Source: Promethearchaeum syntrophicum (lineage in GTDB: Archaea > Asgardarchaeota > Lokiarchaeia > Sigyniarchaeales > Promethearchaeaceae). Taken from it: DNA of 32,000 nt. The stretch spans positions 1,530,001 to 1,562,000 of the forward strand of contig NZ_CP042905.2 in assembly GCF_008000775.2 (NCBI RefSeq), given 5' to 3'. This document shows positions 28,316 through 32,000 of the stretch, one piece after another; positions within the stretch are counted from its first letter, which is position 1, and every line of letters starts with the position of its first letter. The position numbers and the translations under genes were made by a program. The notes below the pieces were generated by a model. It saw only the letters and a program-made list of their open reading frames with translations, did not search any database and was not told where the DNA came from.

Positions 28316-30886
28316 TCAGAGGAATTTATCGAGAGATTTTTTTGGGTTTTGGTTAGAATCATCTTCTTCATTTTCGTTAGTTTTTTTCTTAATGATTTTT
28401 TTTTTCGGAGTTCGTTTTATTATGGATTTGGGTTTTGCATTAGGATTTAAGATTTGTTCATGGATGCTTCTAGCTAGTTTTTCCCCAATTAATGGAACAA
28501 CTGCTAATTTTTCTAAAGGAGCTGATTTAATTAATTTAATCGTTGTATAACCACTATTATATAACTTGCGCGCCCTGATACGTCCAATTCCTTTAAGTTT
28601 TACAAGTGGAATTAAAGAATGTTTAATTCCGTGAGATACCCTTAAGTTAATATCCGAAAATTCTTTAGTCACAGAAGCATCTGCATCCAATCTTGATATC
28701 TGGGCTGCGGTTCTTAGGAACCATTGTGCGTTATTAATAATTCGTCTGAGATCTCCAGAACCTATGTTGAAATGTTCTACTATGTCTGGTTCTGGAATTT
28801 CTGAAATCCAATCTCGTAGAATCATAGTAAGTTTAATTTCCTGCGCAAAATCTGAATAGTCCTTTTGTCCATAAGTATAAATCTCTTCCATGATCAGATT
28901 ATCTGCAAAATCCTCTATAAAAGAATTAATTGGGGTGTAATCTGATTTCCTTAAGAATAATTTATGAAATCCGCTGGGTTTGGTGATCAAATGGAGCCAG
29001 CTAATGGTATTTAGCTCGAGCTCTTTATTTTGTAGTAATACTAAAGCATAAATAATGTCCTCACGAATTAACACAGCATCTTTGGGTGAAACATAACTTT
29101 GAGAAGTAATTTTTCCAAATTTAGTTGGGACAAATACATTTTTTTCATTTTTCTGTGTTATAATTAAATCTTTTTCCAGAAAAAATGTAATAATTTTCTG
29201 AATTCGGGTATTTAATTCCTTTTCTGCTTTAAAAGTATTTTCTTCCTCACTCGATTTTGGTTTTTCATGGGTTTTATGAGATTTCAAATAATCTTGGGCA
29301 GAAATAAATGAATTTTCAGAATTATCAATATTAAGGGGATCTTTTCTTTTACCAAAATTTGCAGCGATTTTTTTCTTTTTTGTTCTTCTCTTAAAGGTAT
29401 TATTCGGGAATCTAAATGAATATTCAGAATCTTCATCCAATATATATGTACCATGCTTTAATTGGTAGTAATAGAAAGTATTTTTTAGAAAATTTATAAT
29501 TAAATCCTTTGTGTTTGCATTTTTTGAAACGATTAAGCTCAGAATATGACTTTGTAATCGATCTTCATCACTAAGTTTGCTGTAAATATCTTCAGATTCC
29601 CCATTTATATACGTTATTGCATTTTCAGTTAGTTTGTCAGGGTTACTACCTAAGATTACAACTTCACCGTAGGGATCAAATTGAGGACGACCCGCCCTAC
29701 CCGCCATTTGCTTATATTCCATGATAGGGATTAAAACTGAACCTTTATCTGATGTATATCGATATAAAGTTTTGATAATAACTCGGCGTGCAGGTGTATT
29801 TACACCAGCAGCTAATGTGGGAGTGCAGCATATTACCTTAATTGCATGATTATTAAAATTTTTAACAATGAAATCTAATTGGGAACGGGATAGTCCCGCG
29901 TGATGAAATGCAACTCCTCCTCTAAGACATTTGTAGATTTTTTTTGAAACTTCTAAGCTATCTTCAGCTTCTTTCTTAAAATCTTCTTGTAATTTTTTAT
30001 ATAATGGTAAATCTTCAGGTTTTGATGCCAACTTGATCTTATTGGGTAATGACTCAGCGACGCTTACTGCACTTCTCCGAGAATTACAAAAAACCAAAAC
30101 TTGTCCTCCTTCTTTTACCATTTCGATTGTCAAATTGCTAACATCGTCCATTTTTGGTAAATAAGGGACTTTTCTTATAGATCCATCTTTGAATTCGATT
30201 TTATTTTTTAAATAAAAGCCTTCCTTAAGCTTTACCGGTCGCCAATCGCTGGTTATTAATTTGGCTTTTAGCCATTCTGCTAATTCATTAGCATTCTTTA
30301 TTGTGGCAGAAAGACCGACGATTTGGATATTTGGGTTTAAAGTCATCAAGCGGGTTAGAAGGAATTCCAATGTTATTCCTCGTGAATCATCATTTATTAA
30401 ATGAATTTCATCACAAATGACCATCTGGATATTTTCTATTAATTTTGGATTTAAACGAATAAGGGAATCTGCTTTTTCATTCGTCAATATAATTAGATCG
30501 TTGAAAAATACACGAAAATCACTTTGATCAACATCACTTGTTGAAATACCGACGCGAATTCCTAAGTCCCCCCAAGACTTTTTGAATTCCTTATGTTTCT
30601 CGTTTGCTAATGCTTTTAAAGGGCACAGATATAAAATTTTCTTTCTTTTCTTTGGTTCGTTTTTAGATTCTTCAGACGCTTTAAGAAATTTCTGAAGTGC
30701 AATAATTTCAGCAATGAGAGTTTTCCCAGATGCAGTGGGAATGCTCACAACTAAATTATTTCCCTCTAATCCCGGTTTGATTGCTTCCCATTGTGGAGGA
30801 TAGAATTGAGTAATTTTTCTCTTTTTTAAAAGATTTATTATTTTAGTATGCAAGAATTGAGAATAATTCTCTTCAATTTCATTCAT
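28316..30886 (-). CDS. Hel308/Ski2-like SF2 DNA helicase
   Basis: 856 aa; Walker A VVSIPTASGKT, motif II ICDEIH, GGVAFHHAGLSRSQLDF, QMAGRAGRPQFD, C-terminal HhH VKLKGIGRIRARKLYNSGY. Confidence 0.93.
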   Translation of the reverse strand: MNEIEENYSQFLHTKIINLLKKRKITQFYPPQWEAIKPGLEGNNLVVSIPTASGKTLIAEIIALQKFLKASEESKNEPKKRKKILYLCPLKALANEKHKEFKKSWGDLGIRVGISTSDVDQSDFRVFFNDLIILTNEKADSLIRLNPKLIENIQMVICDEIHLINDDSRGITLEFLLTRLMTLNPNIQIVGLSATIKNANELAEWLKAKLITSDWRPVKLKEGFYLKNKIEFKDGSIRKVPYLPKMDDVSNLTIEMVKEGGQVLVFCNSRRSAVSVAESLPNKIKLASKPEDLPLYKKLQEDFKKEAEDSLEVSKKIYKCLRGGVAFHHAGLSRSQLDFIVKNFNNHAIKVICCTPTLAAGVNTPARRVIIKTLYRYTSDKGSVLIPIMEYKQMAGRAGRPQFDPYGEVVILGSNPDKLTENAITYINGESEDIYSKLSDEDRLQSHILSLIVSKNANTKDLIINFLKNTFYYYQLKHGTYILDEDSEYSFRFPNNTFKRRTKKKKIAANFGKRKDPLNIDNSENSFISAQDYLKSHKTHEKPKSSEEENTFKAEKELNTRIQKIITFFLEKDLIITQKNEKNVFVPTKFGKITSQSYVSPKDAVLIREDIIYALVLLQNKELELNTISWLHLITKPSGFHKLFLRKSDYTPINSFIEDFADNLIMEEIYTYGQKDYSDFAQEIKLTMILRDWISEIPEPDIVEHFNIGSGDLRRIINNAQWFLRTAAQISRLDADASVTKEFSDINLRVSHGIKHSLIPLVKLKGIGRIRARKLYNSGYTTIKLIKSAPLEKLAVVPLIGEKLARSIHEQILNPNAKPKSIIKRTPKKKIIKKKTNENEEDDSNQNPKKSLDKFL

Positions 30887-30907
30887 CCTAGATTATACTC
30901 CCAGATC

Positions 30908-32000
30908 TTATTTGGGTTTTTTCGTTAATCTATATTCTCCAGGTTTCGGACAATAAAGTGTTCCTTCATTAGCCCACTCATTTAAGGCTTGTTGAACAAA
31001 TTCTTTAGTAATTCCTTGAAGGGTTGCAATTGGTTCATATATATCATCGAATACTAAAGGAGTGGTAGGATCTGCTAGAGTTAATTCTTTAATTTTTGAT
31101 AATATTTTATTGAATCGATCTTGTTTTGAATGAGTTCGCCCCGTCATCATTATATCGATATCATAAGTTTTTGTTTCTTCATCATAACCAATATCCTTCA
31201 TATAACGTTTTACTAATTCAATAACAGCATCTACATCTTCTTCAGTTACAACATCGCGTAAAGCCATTTTTGCATAGGCTTCACACATTCTAACAATCCC
31301 ATCAAGAGTTCGAGCAACAATACTTACCGCAGTTGAACCTTCTGGATTTGAATTACGCATTTCTACATAAAAATTACGGATCTTTTCTGCGGTTTTCTTT
31401 GTTAATTTTGGGAATGAATTATTTTTACAATAGCGGATATATTTCTTTAATAATTCCATTGGGATAAAATCCAAAGTAGCTTTCGGGGGTTTTCCTGATT
31501 CATCTTCCTCTAATGAAAAAGTATCATCATACCCTTGCATATGACTGGTCAATATATATTCTGCGATTATATCGTCCTCATGTTTATCTGGTTTATCTCG
31601 AATAACGAATATGAGATCAAACCGAGATAAAATTGGTGGACTCAGATTGATATTTTCGACTGCTGTCTCATATTCGTTCCAACGACCATGTTTAGGATTT
31701 GCAGCTGCTATGATTGCTGTTTTGGCTTGAAGTGTAGCTACAATGCCCCCCTTTGCTATGGAAATCGATTGTTGCTCCATTGCCTCGTGGATCGCTACTC
31801 TATCTGTTTTCCTCATCTTATCAAATTCATCAATACAGGCAATTCCTCCAGATGCTAAAACCAATGCTCCTGCTTCTAGCTGCATACCAGAATTATCATT
31901 TTCTCGTAAAACTGCTGCTGTTAATCCCGCTGCTGAGGAACCTTTTCCTGATGTATACACTGATCTCTTAGAAATCATAGAACAACTTTGAAGAATTTGC
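30908..32000 (-). CDS. mcm: Replicative MCM helicase (partial; N-terminus beyond right edge)
   Basis: SMISKRSVYTSGKGSSAAGLTAAVLRE, Walker B ACIDEFDKM, sensor 1 AAANP, arginine-finger LSPPILSRFDLIF. The frame stays open past 31978 to the window edge (QILQSCSMISKR...), so the track start Met is internal. Confidence 0.95.
   Translation of the reverse strand, partial: QILQSCSMISKRSVYTSGKGSSAAGLTAAVLRENDNSGMQLEAGALVLASGGIACIDEFDKMRKTDRVAIHEAMEQQSISIAKGGIVATLQAKTAIIAAANPKHGRWNEYETAVENINLSPPILSRFDLIFVIRDKPDKHEDDIIAEYILTSHMQGYDDTFSLEEDESGKPPKATLDFIPMELLKKYIRYCKNNSFPKLTKKTAEKIRNFYVEMRNSNPEGSTAVSIVARTLDGIVRMCEAYAKMALRDVVTEEDVDAVIELVKRYMKDIGYDEETKTYDIDIMMTGRTHSKQDRFNKILSKIKELTLADPTTPLVFDDIYEPIATLQGITKEFVQQALNEWANEGTLYCPKPGEYRLTKKPK

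Noticed and set aside
31978-31978. Track-assigned start codon of the MCM protein
   Set aside because: The Met is inside the conserved ATPase region; the frame is open to the window edge and reads QILQSCSMISKRSVYTSGKGSSAAG, so this is an edge-truncated gene, not a short MCM.
31743-31991. Plus-strand ORFs opposite MCM
   Set aside because: They overlap the MCM Walker B and upstream motifs on the minus strand; not credible genes.

Overview
This 32 kb AT-rich window looks like an Asgard-type (Lokiarchaeia-like) archaeal chromosome segment. That assignment is inferred from gene content: Rab/Ras-like small GTPase, PDCD5-like protein, MCM, Hel308-type helicase, archaeal D-aminoacyl-tRNA deacylase and two different histone-deacetylase-family proteins. 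Accessory content includes a hybrid histidine kinase, an LRR protein, a gingipain-like C25 protease, a parallel beta-helix surface protein, a VapBC-like module, a 988-aa protein with TPR/MIT-like hairpins, two oxidoreductase/epimerase genes and an ArsB/NhaD-like transporter. The most interesting signal is absent from the ORF track. At 25295-25652 there are three tandem micro-ORFs with an exact 134-bp period. Each encodes a 29-aa peptide (MKKNRNLNVKKNAFDLMIENPGLICSIRV / MKKNLKLYVKKNAFDLMIENSGLICSIRV / MKKTQKLYIKKNAFDLMVQNPGLISSIRV). They differ by synonymous and mostly conservative changes, have identical spacer lengths (44 bp), and each is followed by a T-tract. A divergently transcribed winged-helix-like regulator lies upstream, and the intergenic region holds a perfect 23-bp inverted repeat with one arm in front of each transcription direction. 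This looks like a compact, possibly undescribed regulated micropeptide system. Other points: a possible rearrangement scar near 7030-7060, four repeated short linear motifs plus seven ungapped 30-aa hairpin repeats in the 988-aa protein, a PIP-box-like C-terminus on the Hel308-like helicase, and a palindrome directly abutting the antitoxin start codon.
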